This document shows positions 12,034-23,492 of a stretch of DNA of 64,000 nt, one piece after another. Position numbers and translations under genes: made by a program. Source of the DNA: Azolla caroliniana (taxonomy: Eukaryota > Plantae > Polypodiophyta). Position 1 is the stretch's first letter, and every line of letters starts with the position of its first letter. The notes under the pieces are model-generated. The model made no database searches and was not told the origin of the DNA. It was given only the letters and a program-made list of their open reading frames with translations. The stretch lies in assembly GCA_043228905.1 (NCBI GenBank), contig JBHGNT010000003.1:12648001-12712000 (forward strand). Reading direction: 5' to 3'.

Positions 12034-12755
12034 TGTCATAGACACAATGGAATGTAGGGGGTTGAACCCATGACCTCTTAGTCTTAATGGGCAACCTTAC
12101 CAATTGAGCTACATTCCATCTATGCATTATTGTATTGTATAAGTTTCAAATTATTACATTGTAAGTTAATCACTAGAACTTTCAAGAAACTTCTAGAGAA
12201 TGCATAGACATGCACTCTCTAGAAGTTTCCATGCATTCTCTAGATGTTTCCTAGCTTACATGCATAGCACCACATTCTTGTATAAATACTTCAGTGCACC
12301 TTGATTACAATCAAGGTGAACAACACTATTTACGGAAGCATAATTTAGTTCACGCTCTTTTGTCTACCCTCTCTCTCTCTCTTGTTCTCTTGTCTATGCT
12401 CCTCTCTATCTATATATCTATCTTTCTCTCTTTCTTAATATTGAGCTCGCCTACTTGTCCTTGCCCTCGTCTACGTCTGTGATAGTTTGTTCACCTTCCC
12501 TTCTTGTTACCATGTCTGCCTCGGCCTTAAACTAAGTAATGGTAGCCTTGGAGCAACTTCAATTAGAAAATGAAAGCCTTCGTCAGTCATTGCGAGAGCT
12601 TCAAAATAGCACAACCAACAATCCTTCACCCGTTGAGCCTCACGTTCCGTCAGCATCTAACCCAACCCCTTCCTCTTGCCATTCATATGTCCTCGAACCT
12701 AACGTAAACCTACCTGACAAATTCAACGACTCGAGGGCGCATCTTCGTGGCTTCA
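12034..12755 (+). mobile_element. Truncated Tcn1-like gypsy: 5' LTR 12034-12484 and gag N-terminus
   Basis: LTR termini TGTCATAGAC..GTCTGTGATA, TATAAATA at 12281, and gag EPNVNLPDKFNDSRAHLRGF (12539-12755). Confidence 0.8.
12048..12118 (-). promoter_or_regulatory. tRNA-like 71-nt module with Pol III A box and B box inside an LTR
   Basis: Minus strand reads TGGAATG-TAGCTCAATTGG...GGTTCAACCCC-TA-CATTCCA. The 7-bp acceptor-like stem is paired and A-to-B spacing is 43 nt. The anticodon arm is not well formed. Confidence 0.65.
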
Positions 12756-13845
12756 TGGTAAAATCATGAATCCCACGAATATTTTATATTAATTCCCCTT
12801 ACAAAAAATCAACATCCTCTATACATCTTTCTCTCTCCCTTATATAGTGTGAAAGTGTTTTTAGAATTCAAGGTATTGAAGTCTACAAGAATATAAGGTA
12901 TGGTGCGTTCACATCCGGAGGGCAAGATCACGAGCCAAGGTTTTGAGGATAGGTCAATTTAAAAGCAAGACACATGGTGAAAAGTAAAAGAAGAAAAAAG
13001 CGGGCCACTAGAACGCAGTCTGCAACGAACGCTCATAACTCATTCGTTTGGAAGCCAAATATAACGTGAAAATATGGGTTAGAAAGCTTGTGAAGAGAGT
13101 TATCCATAGGTTTTTAAATCGTTAAATTTGGAGCTCGGACGAAGGAAAATATGATGATTTGAATATCGTTGTGTCATAGATAAGAATAGGACTAGATGAA
13201 AACTCTAAAAAAAGCATAAAAAAGAAAGCAAGGGAAGCTAATCCAATGGAAGAGAACTTTATATAAAGGAAGAAGAGTAAGGTGGTGCGTGAGAGTCTCT
13301 TTCTTGTGATGTTTTCTAGCCTATTCACGTAGTCTTGGTTGAGTTGTTATCAATTTATCCTTGTAGACTTGGATTTATGTATCTTCTTTCTCTCTTCCTT
13401 CCATCATAATTATTCATTAGCAATACATCTTTGTGGTTTTGGGTCTATTTATCTTCCTTATCTCTCCTTTCTATCATCTCTACTTCATCATATAGTAATG
13501 GAAGAGTCTAAGTTTATCACATGCAAACATCATGCTTTTTCTAACTTTAGTTTTCATGCACACTACATGTGCATGATTAGCTTTCTATCACATCTTTTCT
13601 TTTAACTCGAGTGTGTATGCATGAATAACTTTTTCTATCATGCTTATCTAGAATATTTAGATGGGATAAAGTTTAGTATAACTTTAAAAACTCATAATAT
13701 GCTAGTTCAATAGTACGGCTTAAAATCGTTAACATGGAGGTACAAGGTTCAAATCTTACCCTATGCATGTATCACCTATTTTAACATTTTCTTCTATTTC
13801 TTCATATTTATTGAATCGAATACTATATACGTTTTTCACATAGTG
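12756..13845. repeat. Unclassified AT-rich LTR-like or other TE fragment
   Basis: Non-coding. Motifs at ~13030-13160 loosely resemble the 3506-3780 LTR-like region. Contains an A/B-box pair at 13703-13756. Confidence 0.35.
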
Positions 13846-13905
13846 TACGAAATACACTACGACAACAGTTCGGAAGTACGATAGTTCCGTAAAATGCAGA
13901 AATCA

Positions 13906-13949
<44 letters not shown>

Positions 13950-14175
13950 AAAACGAAACTATATTAAAAAAGAATTCTTTATATGTTCTCTGTACATACT
14001 TCGTGCTCAGTGAGCACATTTTATACAAGCCCTCATAGTTGGGCTGACACAAGTACTTACACTACTGACAGTTGAGCATCCTACACTTACTCTCAAAATT
14101 ATTCCTTATGAGGAATAACATTCTAATGACCTCTTGCTTTACATACCGCTACGGCCATATTTTGCGCACGGTTTT
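13846..14175 (-). repeat. Inverted partial LTR of the 4664 copia lineage, including a (GA)n tract at 13909-13948
   Basis: Reverse complement aligns with 4800-5030 (ttcctc.taaggaata.ttttg..agtaag; gtacttgtgtcagc; gtataaaa..tgctca.tgagcac). Confidence 0.75.
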
Positions 14176-14815
14176 ACCCGATTCTTCAAAACCTTTTGAA
14201 GTTGAAACCGCTTCTTTTACATATTTTGCGCACGGTTTTACATATTGCTTCTTTTACCCGATCCTTCAAAACCTTTTGAAGTTGAAACCGATGCAAGTGA
14301 TTATGTTATAGGTGTTGTCTTATATCAAGATGGCAAACCAATAGCATTCGAGGGTAAGAAACTTGATTCTGCTCAATCTCAGTATATGGTTCAAGAAAAT
14401 GAATTATTTGCAATTATACATGCGCTCAAAACATGGCGTCATTATCTTTATGGAAATCGTTTTGTGGTAACTACGGACCACAAGTCCCTGAAATATTTCT
14501 GTGACCAACAAGACTTGAAAGGTCGTAAGGCATGATGGGTTGATCTCATCCAGGACTTTGATTTTTCCATATGATATCGTAAAGGTTCCATGAACATTGT
14601 TGTTGATGCACTAAGTCACATCTGCGAAGTTAACATGCTTAGCTTTAGTGAAATAACATTAGATCTTTATGATCACCTTGGAGGAAAGTATCCTGATGAC
14701 AGTTATTTTGTGAAATATTGGGCAAGAATTGAGTCTGGAATAGACACCACCACATCCTCAAAGGAATCCTTCCACATTCCTAACAATCTGCTCGACCGTA
14801 ATGGGAAGGTTTGTG

Positions 14816-17800
14816 TGATGGAAAATTAATCAACACTTTCCAAACTTCACCTCTCGGCCACAACCAAGGAAACACACGAATCGTTGTTGCAGAAAATGGG
14901 ACACATGATTTAACGTGGAAAACCCTGTACGGGAAAAAAAACCACAGGAGTACAAGACTCCGAACCAAAACTATGCACAGAGAAATATACAATGGCGAGC
15001 TGCAAGGCGACGACCTTGAGCTCGCTGTCCTCGCCACAGGCGGCGGAAATACACAGAGGCGTCGACCTCTTCCTCTCTCACGCTCTATCTCTCTCACGGC
15101 TGCTCTCTCTTCACTCCTCTTGAGTGGAAAAACAGAAAAATGAGTAGCAACATTAAAACTGTTTGCCCTAAGTCATATTTATACACATATGACTTTGGGG
15201 CTATTTACAACTATAGCCTCAAGGGCCCTTGGCAAACATATTCACAGATATGTCCCCGCATCCGGATCTCTCTCCGGGTACATTCGTCATCCGGCTCCGA
15301 AGCCGGGGTCTTCATCATCCGGTTCCGAAACCGCAACCGGGCTTGTCGGCATTCAACTCCGAAATCCGACCATCCCATCCGAAGGGACCGAAATCCCAAC
15401 AAACTCCCCCTTCACTTCGGCATGGGATGTCTCTCCAATCCGATCCTCTTCCGGCATGCTTCCAGCTTGTCGGGTGTGAGCACCTTGGTCAGCATATCCG
15501 ACCCGTTCTCGTCCATGTGGATCTTCGTCAGCACGAACTCCTTGTCTTCTATCCTTTCCCGGATCCAGTGATATCTTCACTGGATGTGCTTCGTCCGGGA
15601 GTGATAGGCCGCGTTCTTCGCAAGGCGGATTGCACTCTGACTGTCGCAGTAGAGTCGGTACTCCTCCTGCCGGATACCGAGCTCTCTAATGAAGTCCTTC
15701 ATCCATATTATTTCCTTGCCGGCTTCAACAGCCGCCATGTACTCCGCCTCCTGGTTGACAACGCAACCGTCTTCTGCAGCCTCGACTGCCATGAAACAGC
15801 TCCCCCTGCATACGTCATCACATACCCTGATGTGGACCGGCTGGTATCTGCATCAGCCGACATATCCGAATCGGTATAGCCGTCGAGTTCGGGCTTACCG
15901 GAGCCGAATCGGAGGCACACGTTTGCCGTGCCCTTCAGGTATCGGAGTATCCACTTGGCCGCGTTCCAATGCTCTTTGCCGGGATTGCTCATGTACCGGC
16001 TCACCACTCCGACTGCATATCCTATGTCCGGTCGGGTACACACCATTGCGTACATCAAGCTCCCGACGGCAGAGGCATATGGTACTTTCATCATGTCCTC
16101 CTTCTCAGCCTTTGTCTTGGGGCTTTGCTTGCTGGACAGCTTGCAGTTTGCCGGGAGTGTTGACCCGACCGGTCTTGCTTCCGACATGTTGAACCGGTGA
16201 AGCACCTTTGTCACGTACTTCTCCTGTGACAGCCACAACTGCTTCTTCTTCCGGTCCCAGATGATGTGCATCCCTAGTATTTGCCTCGCCGGACCCAGGT
16301 CCTTCATTGCGAAGGTTCGGTGAAGAGCCTTCTTCAGCATCCGTATCTTGACCTGGTCCCGTCCGACGATCAACATGTCGTCCACGTACAGGAGGAGTAT
16401 TAGAAAGTCTCCTCCTTCGAACTTCTTCACAAACACGCAGTGGTCGGACTGCGTTTTGAGGTACCCTTCGTCGGTCATGAAGGAGTCGAACTTCCGGTAC
16501 CATTGCCGGGGAGCCTCCTTCAGTCCGTAAAGGCTCTTCTTCAACCGGCATACCAGGTGCTCCTTCCCTTTCTTCTCGAATCCTTCCGGTTGCTGCATGT
16601 AGATCTCTTCTTCGAGGTCACCGTGAAGGAATGCCGTCTTCACGTCCATCTGTTCTACCTCGAGGTCCATGCTTGCCGCTATGCTCAGCACCGTCCGGAT
16701 GGAGATCATCTTCACCACCGGGGCAAATATCTCGTCGAAGTCGACGCCCTTCTTTTGTTGAAACCCCTTCACCACGATCCTGGCTTTGTATCTCGGGGGG
16801 TTTCCGGCATCTCCCGGTTTCAGCTTGAACACCCACTTGTTTCGGAGTGCCCGCTTTCCTTTCGGCAACTCCACAAGTTCATATGTGTGGTTCTCATGCA
16901 GGGAATCCATCTCGTCCTGCATGGCACTCAACCACCTGCGGCTCTGGGTGTCATGCTTTGCTTCTTCAAAGCTCTCCGGCTCCCCCTCGTCGGTTAGCAG
17001 CACGTGCTCTGGTTCCGGAAATCTCCGGGGGGCCCTTCTCTCTCTTAGAGGATATCTCCGTTCCGGAGCTTCGGTAACCGGTTCTTCCGATTCTTCTTCA
17101 TCCGAATCTATTTCGGGATCGGGGCCGGTTCCGGTATCAGTTTCATCTTCCTCGGCCAGTTCTGTTTCTTCACCGTCTTCGGCCGGATCCTCGAGTGCTA
17201 ACCGGTCCCTTGCCGGTCGGGACTGCTCCTCGTAGAGTTGATCCTCACCGGTCGACTTGGAGCTCTTCATCTTCTTCTCCGACTCCCAGTCGGCGAGTGT
17301 CTTGTTCTCCATGAAGATGATATCACGACTCCGGAATATCTTCTTGTCGACCGGGTCCCATACTCGGTAGCCGAACTCGTCATCGCCGTAACCGAGGAAT
17401 ATGCATGGCCGGGTCTTTGGATCTAGCTTTCCTCTCCGGTCCTTTGCCACATGCACGTATGCGAGACACCCGAACACCTTCAGATGCCGGTAGGATACTT
17501 CCCTGCCGGTCCACACTCTCTGCGGCGTGTCTCCGTCCAAAGGTACTGAGGGTGATCTGTTTATCACGTATGTCGCCGTCGACATTGCCTCAGCCCAAAA
17601 CCCCTTGGGTAATTCCGCATGCGCCAGCATACTCCGGACCCTCTCCATTATGGTCCGGTTCATCCTCTCGGCCAGCCCGTTCAGTTCCGGCGTCTTCGGC
17701 ACAGTAAACTCGAGCCGGATTCCCTTCGAGCGACAATACTCCGCGAACTGCCCCCGGTATTCCCCTCCGTTATCCGCTCGTATCGCTTTCAGCTTCTTGC

Positions 17801-20100
17801 CGGATTCCCTTTCCACTCTTGCGTGGAGTTCTTTGAAGACGCACAACACTTGGTCCTTTGTCTTCAGCAGTGCCGTCCACAGTTTTCGGCTATGATCATC
17901 TATGAATGTTACGAAGTATTGGGCTCCGCCATGTGACTTCGTTTCTACCTGACACACATCAGTGTGCACCAACTCCAATGGTGCGCTACGTCTCGTCGGT
18001 GGCCTTGAGTGGAAGGAGGTTCGGTTCTGCTTACCGGCCAGGCAATCGGTGCACTTCTCCAGGTGCACATGCTTCACTGGAATAAGGTTGTCTTCTGCAA
18101 GCCTCTTCATCCCCTTCTCACTCATGTGGCACAGTCTCTTGTGCCACAGCTCACCGGCAGTGTCGGCTGCTACGTTCAGCTCCTCCGGACATAGCCGGGA
18201 ATTCATCAGGTACAGTGTGTTGACCGTCCGGGCCCGAGCCACTATCAGGCTCCCTTTGCTGAACTTCATGACATCGTTCCGGATGCTACCCGTGTAGCCT
18301 TCATCGTCTAGCCTCCCGGCCGAAATCAGGTTCAATCGAACCTCCGGAACGTGTCGGACATCCTTCAGCAGCATTTTGCATCCGGTCGGGGTTGTCAACC
18401 ACACGTCTCCTATGCCGGCAATCCGGCACGTACCTTCATTTCCCATCCGAACACAGCCATGCTCACCGGCTGTGTAGGATGAGAAGTATCTTCTCTCCGG
18501 GGTCAGGTGGAACGATGCTCCGGAATCGACCACCCAGGTCGTCTCATCGCCGGCAATGTTTAGTTCACCTTCTTCGGTGATGAGCATGATCTCCTCTTCA
18601 CTTGCCGCGAGTGCCGTCGTTCCTTTCCGGTCCTGCCCTCGCCGATCCGAACCATTTCGGTCCGTGGCTCCCCGGTAAGCACCGTTCCGTTCCGAAGACT
18701 TCTTCGAATCGGTGTCGTCGGCTCCGTTGTCTTTTCGGTAATGCCGACAATTCTTTCGGAAGTGCCCCGGCTTCCCACAGTGGAAGCATGTGGGCCTTCC
18801 TCTTGACTGCGACCGGGTCCCCGACTTCTCCCGTCTTTGCGGACTCCGGTTCCATTGTCTTCCCCGTTCCGATTCGGTAAGCAGCGCCTTCGAGTCGGAG
18901 GCCGGTTCTTTATCTCTCCGACGCGCTTCTTCGTTCAAGATACTTGTATTTACCGTTTGTAGGGACAAGTTATCTTCCGTGCAGGAGGTGCTGAGAGTCA
19001 CCACCAAGTTCTCCCAGCTTTCCGGCAATGTACACATCAGAATGATGGCTTGCATTGCATCCTCCAGCGGGAACTTGATCGCCGCAAGCTGGTTCACGAA
19101 TCCCATGAACGTGCTTACGTGTTCCACCATACTCTCGCCGTCCCGGTACTTGAGGTTCACTATCTTCCTCATCAGGGAGGTCCGGTTCAACGCATTCTTC
19201 CTCTCGTAGAGGCCCGACAGCTTCCGCCACATCTCATATGCGTTGATGTCGTTCGCCACATGTTGTAGAACGCTCACGTCTACGTATTGCCGAATGGTTG
19301 CAACGGCTTTCCGGTTCAGAAGCCTCCATTCTCACTCAAGTACTCCCTTCGGTATTTCCGACCTGTCAATCGGTTCGTACAGGTCCCGAACAATCAGAAG
19401 ATCCTCCATCTTGATCTTCCAGTCGGCGTAATTCTGCGCATTCAGCACCATCATCCCCGGCTGCCCGCTGCCGCCGCCTTCCATTTTCTGCAGCAGCTCG
19501 CTCTGATACCAAATTGATGGAAAATTAATCAACACTTTCCAAACTTCACCTCTCGGCCACAACCAAGGAAACACACGAATCGTTGTTGCAGAAAATGGGA
19601 CACATGATTTAACGTGGAAAACCCTGTACGGGAAAAAAAACCACGGGAGTACAAGACTCCGAACCAAAACTATGCACAGAGAAATATACAATGGCGAGCT
19701 GCAAGGCGACGACCTTGAGCTCGCTGTCCTCGCCACAGGCGGCGGAAATACACAGAGGCGTCGACCTCTTCCTCTCTCACGCTCTATCTCTCTCACGGCT
19801 GCTCTCTCTTCACTCCTCTTGAGTGGAAAAACAGAAAAATGAGTAGTAACATTAAAACTGTTTGCCCTAAGTCATATTTATACACATATGACTTTGGGGC
19901 TATTTACAACTATAGCCTCAAGGGCCCTTGGCAAACATATTCACAGATATGTCCCCGCATCCGGATCTCTCTCCGGGTACATTCGTCATCCGGCTCCGAA
20001 GCCGGGGTCTTCATCATCCGGTTCCGAAACCGCAACCGGGCTTGTCGGCATTCAACTCCGAAATCCGACCATCCCATCCGAAGGGACCGAAATCCCAACA
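14816..20100 (-). mobile_element. Young full-length Ty1/copia (Tnt1/Tork-like)
   Basis: 586-bp LTRs at 14816-15401 and 19515-20100, with about 2 substitutions seen by eye. TSD TTGTG, PBS TGGTATCAGAGCG (19499-19511), PPT complement 15402-15413. Confidence 0.98.
15412..19484 (-). pseudogene. Nearly intact gag-pol (1189-aa uninterrupted segment 15708-19277)
   Basis: Motifs CFHCGKPGHFRKNC, WVVDSGAS, HTDVCQ, LLYVDDMLI and RNase H. Lesions are a TGA at 19332-19334, a 1-bp frameshift at ~15750 and a TGA at 15577-15579. Confidence 0.93.
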
Positions 20101-21829
20101 TTGTGTTCCAGATTTGCCTGAGGTCAAAAAGAGAATTCTTTTTGAATGTCATGATGCACCCTTAGTAGGGCACCCTGGAATACATGGTACACTCGTTCTC
20201 ATCTCCACTCAATTTTATTGGCCTAAGATGTGTCCTGACATACATAACAATGTGACTAAATGTCACCAATGTCAAGTTAACAAAGCCGAGTGACTTAAAG
20301 CCGTAGGACTTTTACATCCCTTGGACATTCCCAATAATAAGTGGGAAAGTATATCCATGGATTTTATTGTTAGCCTTCCTCGCACCCAAAAAGGCCATGA
20401 TGCCATCTAGGTTGATAAACTAACTAAAATGGCCAAATTTATTGCTACTAAAACCACGGTAACAACTCCTGAATTGGCTTACCAATTTGTTGATGAGTTA
20501 TTTCATTTTTATGGGTTACCGATGGATATTGTGAGTGATCGAGATCCAAAGATTACTAGTGACTTCTGGACAAAAGTCTTTAAGAAGTTAGAAACTACGT
20601 AGAGCATGATCTCCACGGATCATCCTCAATCCAATGGATAGACTGAACGAGTAAATCAAATTATTGAGGACATGCTTCAAGCATACGTTGGTGCAAAACC
20701 AACAAAATGGGAACGTTATCTCCCAATTTTGGAGTTTGCTTATAACAACTCCAACCATACGTTGACGGGATATAGTCCTTTTATGTTGATGTATGGTTTT
20801 CAGCCACAAGCCTCGATTGATGTTAATATACATCATGATGAGTTGCGAAGTACGCAAAACTTTCTTCGGGATATGCAAGATATTTTGCATATTGCACGAG
20901 ATAATATAAACACAACTCAAAATGGAGCGCATTTTTACGCCAATCATAATAGGCAACCTCGTCTATTCAACCCTAGACAGAAGGTATTTTTACATGTACC
21001 TCACAATTCTAAGACATTGTCTATGGGTAAGTGCGCTAAGTTAGCCCCACGATTTTGTGGACCTTTTCAAGTCCTCAAACGCATTGGTTCATCAGCCTAT
21101 CGTCTCACTCTTCCCGATGACGTTGAAATTCATCTAGTTTTTCATGTAAGTCATCTAAAAGAACTTCTAGGTTCTGGTGACAATACAATTACAACTGAAA
21201 CTCTGATTACTTCTGAAGAATTATCTTCTAAACCACATGTACCAAAAAGAATTGTCGATGTTAAAACAAAAGATCTCCATACTAAAATAATCCGAGAATT
21301 TAAAATTAAATGGATGGATACATTTATCAAAGATGCCACATGGGAACACGAAAATACTCTTAGAACTAACTTCCCTAACTTTCCATTGCAAGAGTGCAAT
21401 GTTTTAAAGAGGGGGGAGTATATTACGGGCATGACCACATAATATCCTGTGGTGAGAATTTACCGTAATATTCTATACGCGTGGATAAGTGTGAGGGTTA
21501 AATGAGAGTGTAAAGAAGGGGAGGATTACTTTTAATCCTCAGGATTGAGACAACCCATTAGGCCAAGTGTGAACTTGTCTGGGGCGCTTGGGTATCGCTA
21601 TAAATATGAGGCCTTGCTACCCTCATTTCATCATCTTTTGACTACGTCGAAACTCTGATGTTGTGGTGGGTCAACTCTCGTAGCGAGCGCGCCAACACCA
21701 TGTACGACTCGACACTACAGCGGTGGTATGGGTGGTCGGGTGCCTTCTTTCTCTCTCACCTTTCTTATTTCTTATATCTTTTATCCTTATCATATGCTTA
21801 CGTTAGATCATAACTCTAACAAATCTGAA

Positions 21830-23426
21830 GGAAAGGAAGGTCATTGGAATCCGACTTGAGGATGACGATGGTGTAAATGGCCTCACCAAAAATTGGGCCT
21901 ATGTTGAAAGAGTGTGTCGGCAACATGACAAGAGAAAGATGGCAATCTTGTCGACAACATCATGTTCTACTAGGGACGATCAAAGGAGGATGAGATGTGG
22001 CACCACGCCACCACCAAAGGAAGAGAGATCAAAGAGAGAAGATTCAAAGACACCCAACATAGAAGCTTTGATGAGAGAAGCATTCGAGAACTTAACATCA
22101 CAAGTCGATGTTGAAGAGGAGCTTAAAAGGGAGCAAAAACTGAGGCAAATGGAGATCAAGGAAGAAGAGACCTCTGAGAAATGTGGGTTAATGAAGTGGT
22201 ACAAAAATACAGAAGCCCAGATTTGGTACAAAAATACCGAGAGAGAAGGTGTGGAACAAGTTTCTTTCTCATATGGAGGAGTAACAACGGTCAAGGATAA
22301 GGCTGAAGACTCGATAGTAGGGAACACTGCTTTGAGAGTGGACAAGCGTTTTGGAACACATGTTGTTTCAGAAACATCAAGTGATGAAGGGAGATAAAAA
22401 ATGTGAGGCCAACATGATTGAGGAGATAGTCACGAAAAATGACATCGAGTCAGAGGTGGTTATGGACGAGTCAATGGCAGATGGTCGTGTCGAGACTTTC
22501 TCCACACTTGTTCTAGAGACTTGGGCAGTTGCATCTGAAAGCCAATGTGAGACCCAAAAGACGGAAGGCGGCGGCGAGTAAGCGAAGGTTGAAGCTGATA
22601 CATACGAGGAAGAGGGAAGCATAATCAAGGCTTGCTCGATCGAGAAGGTCAATGGGTACGAGACCCATGAGTTTGAAGAGATGGCGACGAATAATGACTT
22701 AGAGGTAGAGGTGGCTATGGACAACACAATGAAGAGACGGAAGGTGGTGGCGAGGAAGTGAAGGTCGAAACTGATACATATGACGAAGAGGGAAGCATAA
22801 TCGAGGCTTGCTCGATCGAGAAGGTCAATGGGTACGAGACCAATGAGTTTGAAGAGATGGCCACAGATAACGACTTAAAGGTAGAGGTGGCTATGGACAA
22901 CACAATGAAGGAGGACGACAAGTGTACTGAGACTTCCTCCCCACTATTTCAAGAGACTTGCGTAATGGTAGATGGGAACATATCGGTCCGTGGAGAAAGG
23001 GCTAACACCGAAGAGACATACCCGAGCCAAATTAAGACCCAAGAGAAGGAAGGTCAAGGAGAGGAAGCAAAGGTCAAAGCTAATTCATATGATGAAGAGG
23101 TCAAACAAAGTGTTGAGAGATCAAGCTCAACTTAGTTTAGTTAGTTAGTCAACCATGTAACTTCATAGTTACCTAGATAGAATCTAGTTAGAAGTGTTGA
23201 CTATAACGGCTTAAATAGGACCTTGTACTTAAGTGGGATATTCTAGATCCTCCACTCCTAAGTACATTTAATATAGGACTTACACCTTAGTACCTATATT
23301 CTACTCACATGTGCACCTTTGCACATTGGATGTATATATACCTCATTGTGGGTATTTTTGTATTTGATGATGATGATGATAATGCCAATTTAATATAGTT
23401 ACTCATCCCCCATCTTGTGTTGTTCA

Positions 23427-23492
<66 letters not shown>

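Larger units (their letters stand above)
11725..21821 (+). mobile_element. Chromovirus-type Ty3/gypsy remnant (RNase H-INT-chromodomain) between two related LTRs
   Basis: LTR 11725-12033 (interrupted) matches LTR 21421-~21821, which is preceded by PPT AAAGAGGGGGGAG. RNase H VETDASDY at 14245 and integrase plus chromodomain (IKW..DATWE) at 20672-21442. No clean TSD, so the LTR pairing is uncertain. Confidence 0.7.

Noticed and set aside
12048-12118. Functional tRNA gene
   Set aside because: The anticodon stem does not pair and the unit is embedded in an LTR. Reported as tRNA-like only.
15140-19800. Many antisense and off-frame ORFs over the young copia (also at 47-51 kb and 5.5-10 kb)
   Set aside because: Shadow ORFs of GC-rich gag-pol and LTR sequence. 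They recur only because the elements are homologous.
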